A stretch of DNA of 64,000 nucleotides from the NCBI GenBank assembly GCA_041694815.1, contig JBGFSC010000007.1:64138-128137 (forward strand), written 5' to 3'. The position numbers were made by a program, and so were the translations under genes. How positions within the stretch are numbered: position 1 is the stretch's first letter; each line of letters begins with the position of its first letter. This DNA is from Elusimicrobiota bacterium. GTDB taxonomy: Bacteria > Elusimicrobiota > Elusimicrobia > UBA1565 > JACRDR01. Below are positions 16,603 through 25,789 of the stretch, piece after piece. The notes under the pieces were generated by a model. The model worked only from the letters and a program-made list of their open reading frames with translations, was not told the origin of the DNA and did no database searches.

Positions 16603-18359
16603 CCGCGTCACGAATCCGCCGCCTCCCCCCCGCGGTCGCCAGCCTCATCGCCGCCGGGGAGGTGATCGAGCGCCCCGCCTCCGTCTTAAAGGAGCTCCTC
16701 GAGAACTCCCTCGACGCCGGGGCTTCCCGCATCCGCGTCGAGGCCCAGGCCGCGGGCCGGAAGCTGCTTCGGGTCTCCGACGACGGCTCCGGCATGGGCC
16801 CCGAGGATTGCCGCCTGGCCTTCGAGCGCCACGCCACCAGCAAGATCCGGAGCCTGGAGGATTTGGGTCGCTTGAGCAGCTTCGGCTTCCGCGGCGAGGC
16901 GCTATTTGCCATCGCGGCGGTCAGCCGCTGCTCCATCACGAGCACGCCCCGCTCAGGCTCCGTGGGCTGGACCGTGCAGGTCGAGGGGGGCAAGACCCGG
17001 GCCGACCGCGAGGCCCCTCCCGCCCCCGGCACCGTCGTCGAGGTCAAGGACCTTTTCTTCAATACCCCCGCGCGGGCTAAGTTCCTCAAGTCCGACCCGT
17101 CAGAGAAAAGCCACCTGACCCGAGTCGTCGAGGAGGCCGCCCTAGCCAACCCCCAGACGGCCTTCCAGTACAAGTCGGACAAGCGAGGCGTACTGGATCT
17201 GGCCGCCTGCGGCGGTCCCGTCCAGTCCCGCGCGCTGGGTCGCGTGCGCGACGTGCTGGGCGCAGGCCTTTGCGACGGGCTGCTCAGCGTGGCCGAGTCG
17301 AGGCCCGGCTTGTCGCTGCGCGCCTACGCGTCCGCGCCCGACCGGCTGAACCCGACGCGCCATTTCCAATTCTGGTTTCTCAATCGCCGGCCCATTTCCA
17401 GCCGCCTGCTGCAGCAGGCGCTATATCGCGCCTACGAGCCTTTCCGGTCGGGGGAACGGCATCCCGCCGGCGTGTTCTTCCTCGAAATGCCTGCCGACCG
17501 CTTCGACGTGAACGTGCACCCGGCCAAGCGCGAGGTGCGCTTCCGCCATGAGCGCGAGCTCTACGAGGCGATCGCCGGGGCCCTATCGGCCGTGCTGCTC
17601 AAGTCCAAGGGAATTCCCGCCCTGGCCCGCGCGCCGCGCGCGGCCCCGGCCGAGACGCGCGAGGTCGTCGCCGCGTACCAGATATCGGGAGCCGGCGCCT
17701 CCGCGGTGGGCGAAGCCCCCCTGGAACTCGGCCTGGAGGCCCCAACGCCGGCCGAGGCCCCCCGCTGGTACACGCCCCCTTTCCGCTTCCTCGGCCAGAT
17801 CGAGCAGGCCTACCTGGTGTTTGAGGCCGCCGGCGGCATATTGCTCGTCGACCAGCACGCCGCGCAGGAACGCATATTATTTGAGCGCTACCAGGCCGAG
17901 CTTGAGTCCGGCGCGCCCGGCCAGCGCCTGATGCTGCCCGTTTCCATCGAGCTACCCGCCTCGCAGGTCCAGAGCATACTCGCGCGCTCCGAAAGGCTGC
18001 GCCGGGCCGGCTTCGAGCTGGAGCCTTTCGGCAAGACCACGCTCCAGGTGACCGCCGCTCCGGCCGCCTTCGCCAAGGCGGCGGATCTAAGGGAGATGGT
18101 CCACCGCCTGCTCGACCACCTGCAATCGGTGCCCGAGGCCGCCTCGAGCGTTCGGCAGGAGGCCTTGGCCACCATCGCCTGCAAGGCGGCGGTCAAGGCG
18201 CATGACCGGCTCGGCGCGGCCGAGGCGGCGGCCCTGCTCGAGGATCTGCGGGACTGCCGCGATGGCAGCGCCTGCCCCCACGGCCGCCCGTCCATGATCT
18301 CGCTGTCGCGCGACGAGTTGGCCCGCCGCTTCAAGCGCCCCGGCCCCCCGCCGTTGTGA
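16584..18359 (+). CDS. mutL: DNA mismatch repair endonuclease MutL
   Basis: IAAGEVIERP, GFRGEAL; endonuclease motifs DQHAAQERILFE, ACK and CPHGRP. ATG 16584 overlaps the mutS end. Confidence 0.97.
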   Translation: MEKEALAASRIRRLPPAVASLIAAGEVIERPASVLKELLENSLDAGASRIRVEAQAAGRKLLRVSDDGSGMGPEDCRLAFERHATSKIRSLEDLGRLSSFGFRGEALFAIAAVSRCSITSTPRSGSVGWTVQVEGGKTRADREAPPAPGTVVEVKDLFFNTPARAKFLKSDPSEKSHLTRVVEEAALANPQTAFQYKSDKRGVLDLAACGGPVQSRALGRVRDVLGAGLCDGLLSVAESRPGLSLRAYASAPDRLNPTRHFQFWFLNRRPISSRLLQQALYRAYEPFRSGERHPAGVFFLEMPADRFDVNVHPAKREVRFRHERELYEAIAGALSAVLLKSKGIPALARAPRAAPAETREVVAAYQISGAGASAVGEAPLELGLEAPTPAEAPRWYTPPFRFLGQIEQAYLVFEAAGGILLVDQHAAQERILFERYQAELESGAPGQRLMLPVSIELPASQVQSILARSERLRRAGFELEPFGKTTLQVTAAPAAFAKAADLREMVHRLLDHLQSVPEAASSVRQEALATIACKAAVKAHDRLGAAEAAALLEDLRDCRDGSACPHGRPSMISLSRDELARRFKRPGPPPL

Positions 18360-18395
18360 CGATCGCTTGACGGCAATTAGTACTATAATGGGAAA

Positions 18396-19469
18396 GTGCA
18401 AGCGATCGAGTTCGATCCGCTCTTCAACATCAGCCTTTACGTCAGCGTCCTGCTCGCCTGGCTGGTGCTGCTCATCACGGCGGCGCTGGTCGTCTCCAAG
18501 ATAACCCGCCGCCTCTGGCAAAGATACTCCGAGCGCCGCCAGGCCTTCTACCTTCCTTTGATACTGAAGGCCGTCGCCGAGGAAGGTTCGGTCGAGTTGA
18601 TGCCGCGCTCCACTTACCGCTGGGGCGATCGCGGCATCGTGGAGGCGGCGCTCTTGCAGTGGACGCAGACCTTAAGCGGCTTCGGCCTGGAGCGCATTAG
18701 CCGCATCTTCGAGGAGGCGGGCTTCGCCGACGAGGAGATTCGCCGGCTCAAGGATTGGCGCTGGTGGGCGCGGGCGCGGGCGGCCAAGCGGCTCGGCACC
18801 ATGAATTGCGCCAAGGCCTCCGAGGCCCTGATCCGGGCCCTGAAGGACCCCGTCATCGAGGTGCGCCTCGTCTGCGCCTGGGCCCTGGGACGGCTGGGAA
18901 GGCTGGAGGCGGTCGAGCCCATGATGCAGGCCCTGGCCCCCCATTCGCGGCTGGGAGCGCTGAGCCTGACCCATGTCATCTTGCAGATGGGACCGCGCAC
19001 GGCGCCGGTACTCGAGCGCATGCTGGGCCAGGGCGACCCCGCGGCCCAGGCCCTGGCCATACGCCTGCTGGGGGATCTCAAGGACCAGGCGGCGCTGCCC
19101 TTGCTGCTCCCCTTCGTCGGCTCCGACAGCCTGGAGCTGCGCATCGCCGCCTGCCGGGCTATCGGCGTGCTCGGCCAGGAGCAGGGTTGGGAGGCCATGC
19201 TCGGCGCCCTCGAGGACACGGCCTGGGAGGTGCGCGCACGCGCGGCATGGTCCTTGGGCATGCTCAAGGTCCCGGCGAGCGCCGCGGCGTTGGCGGCGGC
19301 CTTGGGCGACCGCTCCTGGTGGGTGCGGGTCAACGCCGGCGAGGCCTTGGCCCGGATGGGAGAGCGGGGTCGCGAGGCTCTCGAGCGGGCCCTCTCGCAT
19401 CAGGACCGATTCGCGCGGGACATGGCCGCCCAATGGCTCGAGGAGTTGGCCTTGGGGAAGGTCCATTGA
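18396..19469 (+). CDS. Membrane-anchored HEAT-repeat protein
   Basis: N-terminal TM helix; repeats WWARARAAKRLG, WEVRARAAWSLG, WWVRVNAGEALA. Confidence 0.85.
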   Translation: MQAIEFDPLFNISLYVSVLLAWLVLLITAALVVSKITRRLWQRYSERRQAFYLPLILKAVAEEGSVELMPRSTYRWGDRGIVEAALLQWTQTLSGFGLERISRIFEEAGFADEEIRRLKDWRWWARARAAKRLGTMNCAKASEALIRALKDPVIEVRLVCAWALGRLGRLEAVEPMMQALAPHSRLGALSLTHVILQMGPRTAPVLERMLGQGDPAAQALAIRLLGDLKDQAALPLLLPFVGSDSLELRIAACRAIGVLGQEQGWEAMLGALEDTAWEVRARAAWSLGMLKVPASAAALAAALGDRSWWVRVNAGEALARMGERGREALERALSHQDRFARDMAAQWLEELALGKVH

Positions 19470-20887
19470 ACTGGCTGCGCCTGGCCTTAGGCGAGATCCA
19501 GCGCGGGATCCTGATCTATTTCCTGGGCCTCAACGCCCTCTACTTCGTGCTGGTGCTCATCTCCATCTTCGCCATACTGCGCTACATGCGCGCGATGAGC
19601 TACCGCAACCTGCAGGAGGTGCTCAAGTCCAAGCTGGCTCCGCCCATCTCCGTGATCATCCCGGCCCATAACGAGTCGGCCGGCATCGTCTCGGCCGTCA
19701 AATCCATCTTCCAGCTCAACTACCCGGAGTTCGAGATCATCGTCGTCAACGACGGCTCCACCGACGACACGCTCGAAAAGCTCGTCCGAGCCTTCCGGCT
19801 GCGAAAGACCAAGCGCGTCTACCACAAGAGCCTGCCCACCCGGGACGTGCGCGGCATCTACGCCTCGCGGATGGCCGCGCCATGGGCCGAGCTCGTCGTC
19901 GTCGATAAGGAAAACGGGGGCAAGGCCGACGCGCTCAACGCGGGGGTCAACGTCTCCCGCTACCCGCTCTTCTGCTCGGTCGACGCCGACTCAATGCTCG
20001 AGCGCGACTCGCTCCTGCGCGTGGCCATGCCCTTCATGGAGCGCGGCGACATCGTCGGGGTGGGAGGCATCGTGCGCGTGGCCAACGGCTGCTTCATCTC
20101 CCAGGGGGTCGTGCGCTCCATCGGCCTGCCCAATCAATGGCTGCCCTGCTTCCAGGCCGTCGAGTACCTGCGGGCCTTCCTCTCGGGGCGCATCGCCTGG
20201 GCCAGCCTAAGAAGCCTGCTGGTGATCTCGGGGGCCTTTAGCCTGTTCAAGAAATCCGCCGTGGTGGAGGTCGGCGGCTACGATCGGGACACCGTCGGCG
20301 AGGACATGGAGCTCGTCGTTCGCCTGCGGCACGCGCTCAAGCCCCTGGGCAAGCCCAGCGAGGTCGACTTCGTCCCCGACCCGGTCTGCTGGACCGAGGT
20401 CCCCGAGAATCTGCGGACGCTATGGCGCCAGCGCAACCGCTGGCATCGCGGGCTGGCCCAATGCCTCTACCGGCACCGGGGCATGACGTTCAACCCCCGC
20501 TACGGCGTCATCGGGCTCGTGGCGGCCCCCTATTTCTGGATCGCGGAGCTGCTGAGCCCCGTCATCGAAATCGCCGGCTATTTCGTCTTCTTCCTCTCGC
20601 TGCTCTTGGGCTCGTTGCAATGGAAGGCCTTCGCGGCGTTTTTGCTGCTCTCGGTAATGATGGGTATCAACCTCTCGCTGTTCGCGGTGGTGCTCGAGGA
20701 GTTCACCCTGCACCGCTACCCGCGGGTACGCGACTTCCTGCGCCTGCTCGCCGGGGCGGTATTCGAGAACATCGGATACCGCCAGATCACCACACTGGCG
20801 AGGCTCGACGGCATCCTGGACAATTTCCGCCAGCAGTACGCCGAATGGGGGACGATTGAACGCAAGGGCCTGGATACTGCCGCTTAG
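19466..20887 (+). CDS. Processive GT2 glycosyltransferase (polysaccharide-synthase type)
   Basis: TTG start overlaps the previous stop; motifs NDGSTD, GGKADALN, DAD, GED and QRNRW; TM helices at both ends. Confidence 0.9.
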   Translation: MNWLRLALGEIQRGILIYFLGLNALYFVLVLISIFAILRYMRAMSYRNLQEVLKSKLAPPISVIIPAHNESAGIVSAVKSIFQLNYPEFEIIVVNDGSTDDTLEKLVRAFRLRKTKRVYHKSLPTRDVRGIYASRMAAPWAELVVVDKENGGKADALNAGVNVSRYPLFCSVDADSMLERDSLLRVAMPFMERGDIVGVGGIVRVANGCFISQGVVRSIGLPNQWLPCFQAVEYLRAFLSGRIAWASLRSLLVISGAFSLFKKSAVVEVGGYDRDTVGEDMELVVRLRHALKPLGKPSEVDFVPDPVCWTEVPENLRTLWRQRNRWHRGLAQCLYRHRGMTFNPRYGVIGLVAAPYFWIAELLSPVIEIAGYFVFFLSLLLGSLQWKAFAAFLLLSVMMGINLSLFAVVLEEFTLHRYPRVRDFLRLLAGAVFENIGYRQITTLARLDGILDNFRQQYAEWGTIERKGLDTAA

Positions 20888-21632
20888 TCTGCTCTCGGCC
20901 GCGCCGGCGGCGGCGCAGTCGCGCATCGACGCGGGAGCCGCCGTCGAGGATTACAGCTTCTTTAAGGCCGCCGGCGTCAATACCTGGACCCAGGGCCTCT
21001 TCCGCGGGCGCGACGGGCGTTTCGGGATACTGGCGGGGCAATCGACGCTTAGGCGCTTCGGCTTCACCGACTCGCAAGGGAGCCTAGGCGGCGTCGCCCG
21101 ATTATCGGCGCGCGGCAGCGTCGAGGCGAAGCTGAGCATCGCCCCCGAGGCGCAGATCCTGCCGCAATGGGCCGTCGACGCGCTGGCCTACCAGGGCTTA
21201 CCTAGGGCCATGACGCTGACGCCGGGCTATCGCTTTTCGCGCTACGCCATCGCGGATGTGCATACCTGGAGCCTCGGCTGGGAATGGGAGAACCGCCGCC
21301 TCTCCGTCACGCTGCGGCCGTACCTGAGCTTGAATTATTTCCGGCAAGGGCCCGTCGGCGGCAGGGCCTATCCGGCCTTTTTCGCGGAGCTGCGCGTCCC
21401 CCTGTCCTCGGGCATACTCCTCGCGCCTTCCTACGCCTGGCGCGAGGAGGCCTTCCAGGCGGGAGCCCCGGGACGCTTCTCCATGGGAAGCTTCAAGGCT
21501 CACACGGGACGTATCGAGGCGCGATTGCCCTTCGGCGAGCCGTTTTTGCTGCGCCTGGCCTGGTCGTACGAGGGGCGCATCCCGATGGCCTACCTGCGCC
21601 AATACGAGGCCGGGCTCACCCTATTCTTCTAG
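20856..21632 (+). CDS. YaiO-like outer-membrane beta-barrel
   Basis: Signal peptide, amphipathic strands, C-terminal YEAGLTLFF; adjacent to the GT2. Confidence 0.7.
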   Translation: MNARAWILPLSLLSAAPAAAQSRIDAGAAVEDYSFFKAAGVNTWTQGLFRGRDGRFGILAGQSTLRRFGFTDSQGSLGGVARLSARGSVEAKLSIAPEAQILPQWAVDALAYQGLPRAMTLTPGYRFSRYAIADVHTWSLGWEWENRRLSVTLRPYLSLNYFRQGPVGGRAYPAFFAELRVPLSSGILLAPSYAWREEAFQAGAPGRFSMGSFKAHTGRIEARLPFGEPFLLRLAWSYEGRIPMAYLRQYEAGLTLFF

Positions 21633-21659
21633 ACTGATCTCGTAGGTCGTTTTTGGGCC

Positions 21660-21687
21660 TTGACTTTAACCGGCCCGGAGGTATACT
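21660..21687 (+). promoter_or_regulatory. Near-consensus sigma70 promoter with no downstream plus-strand gene
   Basis: TTGACT-N16-TATACT between convergent genes. Confidence 0.6.
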
Positions 21688-21692
21688 AGCGG

Positions 21693-21778
21693 ATGTCGCC
21701 GTAGTAGAAGTGAGCACGAGTTTCGGGGCCCAAAAACGCTCGATTGATCGAGGCCAGTTTTCGGGCCCCCCTCGTTTT
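21693..21778 (+). ncRNA. Candidate small RNA, or a long terminator hairpin
   Basis: Nested pairs ACGAG/CTCGT, GGGGCCC/GGGCCCC, AAAAC/GTTTT and TCGA/TCGA (21716-21775), followed by Ts. Confidence 0.4.
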
Positions 21779-22728
21779 CAGCGCAAAAGTTTCTTAAGCC
21801 AGAGCGGGGCGAGCAGGGTCGTGAAGGCGATCATACCAAGCAACGCGGCGTAGAGCGACGCGCCCAAGCTTTGCGCGGCAAGCCCCGCCTGGGCGAAGAT
21901 AAGCCCCACCTCGCCGCGCGGCACCATGCCCACGCCGATGGCCCAGCGGTTGAGCCCCTGGCCCCGCGCCGCCCAGCCGCTGGCCAGCTTGCCGAACACC
22001 GCGGCGGCCGTAAGCAGCAGGCATAGGAGCAGGGTCCGGGCCAGGCCGTCTCCCGGGGGGAGGGTGCCCATCTGAGCGCCGGCCATGACGAAAAAGAAAG
22101 GGGCCAAGCGCTTCTCGAGCGGCAGCATCAGCCAGGCGATCGGCTTCCCCCAGCCCCTGGCGGAAAGCCAGAGTCCTAGCGCGAAGGCCGCGACGATGCC
22201 GAAGCCGCCAAAGGAGGCTCCGGGCAAAAACAGCAGGAGCAGCAGGGCCAGCACGTCGTCGATGACGGCCGCGCCCAGGATGATCTCCGACTCGGGCAGG
22301 TGCAGACAATCAAGGTCAAGCAGCACCCGGACGGTCACGCCCACGCTGGTCGCCGTCAACGCCGCGCCGGTAAACAGCGCGGCCGCGCCGCCGTAGCCCC
22401 AGGCCAGAACGAGGGCCGATCCCAACAGGAAGGGCAAGAGCATCCCGCAGAGCGCCACGGCCATGGCCGCCGGCCCGGCCTGCTTGAGCCCCTTCCAGTC
22501 GCTCTCCATTCCGGCCCGAAAGAGCAAGAGCAGCACGCCCCAGTGGGCCAGCGTGCTCAGCACCGGGTCGTCGGGCTTAAAAACCCCGCGCAGGCCCAGG
22601 GCGAGCAGAACCCCGCCCAGCAACTCGCCGACGACGGCCGGCTGCCCCATCTTTTCGGCCAAGGCGCCCATCGCCCAAGCGGCGGCCAGGACCAGCGCCA
22701 GGTCGAGCAGTATCTGGAATAGGCTCAT
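21778..22728 (-). CDS. Cation:proton antiporter (CPA2-like), unusually short
   Basis: GQPAVVGELLGG, ATSVGVT, AAVIDD, GMVPRGEVGLI. Confidence 0.9.
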   Translation of the reverse strand: MSLFQILLDLALVLAAAWAMGALAEKMGQPAVVGELLGGVLLALGLRGVFKPDDPVLSTLAHWGVLLLLFRAGMESDWKGLKQAGPAAMAVALCGMLLPFLLGSALVLAWGYGGAAALFTGAALTATSVGVTVRVLLDLDCLHLPESEIILGAAVIDDVLALLLLLFLPGASFGGFGIVAAFALGLWLSARGWGKPIAWLMLPLEKRLAPFFFVMAGAQMGTLPPGDGLARTLLLCLLLTAAAVFGKLASGWAARGQGLNRWAIGVGMVPRGEVGLIFAQAGLAAQSLGASLYAALLGMIAFTTLLAPLWLKKLLR

Positions 22729-22752
22729 GGCACCGATGATATTAAATCTCGG

Positions 22753-23091
22753 CTACTTGCGGCGAAACTTGAGTATCTGTTCGACGAGGCTTAAGATATC
22801 GGCGACGTTCTTGCGCGATTCGCCGCGGATGAGTCGGGCGAAGCTGCGCATGGCGACGGCGTCGTCAAGTTTCTTTTGCCCGTCGCGTGCGTCGACCTTG
22901 ACAAGGTCGGAGACGGGCAATTCCAGGGCGACGGCGAGCTTATCGAGCGTCTCCAGGGTGGGCCTGCGGTTTCCGCTTTCGATGTAGGCGAGGTAGCTGG
23001 TGCTGATGCCGGCCTTCTCGGCCAGCTGTTCGATGGAAAGATGGGCGGCCTTGCGCTTTTGACGAATCCGCTGCGCGATCAGCCGTATCAT
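22753..23091 (-). CDS. XRE-family HTH transcriptional regulator
   Basis: LSIEQLAEKAGISTSYLAYIESGNRRPTLETL. Confidence 0.9.
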   Translation of the reverse strand: MIRLIAQRIRQKRKAAHLSIEQLAEKAGISTSYLAYIESGNRRPTLETLDKLAVALELPVSDLVKVDARDGQKKLDDAVAMRSFARLIRGESRKNVADILSLVEQILKFRRK

Positions 23092-23207
23092 GACAGCCAG
23101 ATTCTAGCTATTCTTTTTAGACTTCTAACATGGACTCGCGGTGATTCCTTTTTATGACTCACAGTTAATGCCGGCCGATTAATTTGCTATAAATAGGCGC
23201 TCTTACG

Positions 23208-23552
23208 ATGCCTAAGAAAAAAGACGAGGAGAAGGCGGAGTTCTCCTATTCCGTCGACGAGTTGATCGAGAGCTGGAACCCCGGGGCCCAGCGGCTCTAC
23301 GGCTATTCCTCCGAGGAGATGATCGGACGCGCCGTCACGCGCCTGATCCCGGACGACAAGCTCCGGGAATTCGCCGAGCTGCACGGCCGCCTGCTGCGGG
23401 GGGACTCCGTCGGCCGTATCGAGACCGTGCACCAGCGCAAGGACGGGACTGCGGTGCCCGTCTCGCTGGTCGTTTCCGCCGTGCGGGGCGCCAGCGGGCG
23501 CCTGGCCGCCGTCGGCATCATCGCCTCCAAGCTCGAGTCCAAGAAAAACTAG
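23208..23552 (+). CDS. Stand-alone PAS-domain protein
   Basis: SWNPGAQRLYGYSSEEMIGR...RKDGTAVPVSL. Confidence 0.85.
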   Translation: MPKKKDEEKAEFSYSVDELIESWNPGAQRLYGYSSEEMIGRAVTRLIPDDKLREFAELHGRLLRGDSVGRIETVHQRKDGTAVPVSLVVSAVRGASGRLAAVGIIASKLESKKN

Positions 23553-23572
23553 TGCTGCGACCGTGGCACTAG
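23549..23572. terminator. Hairpin between convergent PAS and yceI genes
   Basis: CTAGTGC...GCACTAG stem with AAAAA on its left, giving a U-tail on the minus strand. Confidence 0.45.
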
Positions 23573-24157
23573 CTATTTCTTGGCTATGCCCTCGATCTCG
23601 AGGGTCACGTCCACCTCGTCGCCGACCATCACGCCGCCGGTCTCCAAGGGCTTGTTCCAGGTCAGCCCAAAATCCTTGCGGTTGAGCTTAGTCGTGGCCG
23701 TGGCGCCGAGCCGCTGGTTGCCCCATGGGTCCTTCACCGTGCCCCCGATCTCGAGGTCTAGCGTCACGGGCTTGGTCACCCCGTGCAGGGTCAAATCCCC
23801 GACCAGCTTGGCCTTGTTACCGTCAGCCTTGAGCACGCGGTTGCTCTTGAACGCGATCGTCGGGAACTTGTCGACGTCCAGGAAGTCGGCCGAACGCAGG
23901 TGCTGGTCGCGCTTCTCGACTCCAGTATTAATGCTCGCAGCGTCGATGAGGGCCTCCACCTTCCATTCCTTGGGCTTGTCCTTGACGTAGGTGACCGTGC
24001 CGCTGAACTTGCCGAAATTGCCGTTGACCCGGCTGACCATCAGGTGCCTCACGCGGAAATTCACACCGCTATGGGTGGGGTCTATCTCATAGACCTCCGC
24101 GGCCGCCGGGGCCGCCAGAACCGCCGCGCACAACGCCGCCCGCATCCACTGTCTCAT
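23573..24157 (-). CDS. YceI-family protein
   Basis: IDPTHS, RDQHLRSADF, GDLTLHGVTKPV; GGAGG SD; TTGACA-N17-TATGTT upstream. Confidence 0.95.
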   Translation of the reverse strand: MRQWMRAALCAAVLAAPAAAEVYEIDPTHSGVNFRVRHLMVSRVNGNFGKFSGTVTYVKDKPKEWKVEALIDAASINTGVEKRDQHLRSADFLDVDKFPTIAFKSNRVLKADGNKAKLVGDLTLHGVTKPVTLDLEIGGTVKDPWGNQRLGATATTKLNRKDFGLTWNKPLETGGVMVGDEVDVTLEIEGIAKK

Positions 24158-24203
24158 GTTTTCCTCCAGGAGCCATCCAACATAATATTCCGCTCGCCCC
24201 TTG

Positions 24204-24998
24204 TCAATCCCTGGCGCCGTCTATAGCTTGGCATCTCCCGCAGTAATAGGAGCTTCGCCCGCCGAAAGGCCGCCGCGTGAGCTTGCGGCCGCAGCGCGGG
24301 CACCCCGCCTTCCATTTGCCGCGCACCCCGGTAAGCCAGTCGGGCCGGGGCGGGACCATCCCGGCCTCGACGGACTTCTTGAGCACCGTCTCCATCTTCT
24401 CGAAGAGCCTCTTGAGCTCCCCGCCCTTAAGCTCCGAGACGCGACGCTGAGGGGCGAGCTTGGCCTGCCAAAGTATCTCGTCGACGAGCACGTTGCCTAG
24501 GCCGGCGAGGATCGTCTGGTCCATGAGCGCGGCCTTAAGCTGCGCGCGGCGCCCCCGCAGGCGCTTTGAGAACCGCTCCCAGCCCAAACCCCAGGCGTCC
24601 GGACCCAGGGGGCCGAGCAGCCTTTGGAGCTCCTCGGCGCGCGTGGCCAGCCACAGCCCGCCCAGCTTGCGCACGTTGCGGTAGCGCAGTTCGCCGCCCT
24701 CCAGGACGAAGGTCGCCCGATCGTAGACCGTGCGCCCCCACTCGTCGTCACCCCACAGAAGATCGCCCGTCATGCCGAAATGAATGAGCAGCGTCGGGCT
24801 GTCGGTGGGGGCGATTAGCCATTTGCCGAGCCGCCGCGGCTTGCCGAAACGCCGGCCTTCGAGGGCGCCTACGAGCTCCTTGGGCTCGACGTTGCGCACG
24901 ATGCCGGGGTCGCTTAAGACCACACGGTGGATGGTTTTCCACGAGGCGCGCCTCTCGAAAAAGCGGCGCATTCTCTCCACATCGGGCAATTCGGGCAT
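24204..24998 (-). CDS. mutM: Fpg/Nei-family DNA glycosylase
   Basis: True start MPELPDVE at 24998; HFGMTG, H2TH GLGN and the CPRC...CGRC zinc finger. Confidence 0.85.
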   Translation of the reverse strand: MPELPDVERMRRFFERRASWKTIHRVVLSDPGIVRNVEPKELVGALEGRRFGKPRRLGKWLIAPTDSPTLLIHFGMTGDLLWGDDEWGRTVYDRATFVLEGGELRYRNVRKLGGLWLATRAEELQRLLGPLGPDAWGLGWERFSKRLRGRRAQLKAALMDQTILAGLGNVLVDEILWQAKLAPQRRVSELKGGELKRLFEKMETVLKKSVEAGMVPPRPDWLTGVRGKWKAGCPRCGRKLTRRPFGGRSSYYCGRCQAIDGARD

Positions 24999-25720
24999 CA
25001 AAGGCTCGCGAGCAGCCCGGCCGAGGCCAGGATTAGCGCTCCGGCGTGAACGGCCAGCCGCAATCTGGGCGAGGGCCAGCGCCACGAGCAGGCGCCTTGG
25101 CGCTCCAGCGGCCTTAAAATCCGCCGGAAGGCCCCTTCGGCCAATACGAATCCGGCGATGCCGTCGGCCACCCAATGTATCTTGATGGCGGCGGTGGAGG
25201 CAAACATCAGCCAGAACCAGCCTTGAAAGGCCAAGGCGGCCCTGGGCGCCAATGGCTTGAGCGCCCGGCAGAGGAACCAGCCGCCGGCCACGTGCAGCGA
25301 TGGCCAGGCGTTCCACGGCGGCGACAGCCCGTAGAAGAAGCGCACCAGCGAGGGCAACGCGCCGCGCAGCTCCGAGTCTGGCATGAAGAGAGGCCCCGCG
25401 CTGGTGGGAACGAGCAGGTACAGCAGGAAATGCGCCGCGACCAGGGCGAAATAGGCGAAAAAGGCCCGGCGCACGGCGAATAGCCCGCCGTAGCGGGCGA
25501 TCAACAGGCCCGCCAGCACCGGGGCCGCGAAGGCCAGGGCGTAGGGGATCACGAACACGGGCATGAACGGTATGGCGTCGTCTAGCCGCGTGCGCAGCCA
25601 GGGCGTGAGGTCGACGCCCCGCCAGGAGGCCAGGCGCCCGATGACGATGTAGAAAGAAAAACAGACGTAGCCGGTGGCGCCCAGCAGCACGCCTTCTATG
25701 ACGTCGCCCGTTTTTCGCAC
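24998..25720 (-). CDS. PAP2-superfamily membrane protein (IPC-synthase/Aur1-like)
   Basis: LDDAIPF, NAWPSLHV and HWVADG motifs; several TM helices. Confidence 0.8.
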   Translation of the reverse strand: MRKTGDVIEGVLLGATGYVCFSFYIVIGRLASWRGVDLTPWLRTRLDDAIPFMPVFVIPYALAFAAPVLAGLLIARYGGLFAVRRAFFAYFALVAAHFLLYLLVPTSAGPLFMPDSELRGALPSLVRFFYGLSPPWNAWPSLHVAGGWFLCRALKPLAPRAALAFQGWFWLMFASTAAIKIHWVADGIAGFVLAEGAFRRILRPLERQGACSWRWPSPRLRLAVHAGALILASAGLLASL

Positions 25721-25789
25721 GGGCGCATCCTAGGAATTCTGGAGAAAGCCTAAAACGACAAGCGGGTAACGGTTTTGTATCATCGGCTC

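Noticed and set aside
21633..21780. SRP RNA, 6S RNA or a known riboswitch
   Set aside because: No SRP domain IV motif and no recognisable aptamer; too short after the promoter for 6S. An Rfam scan is still needed.
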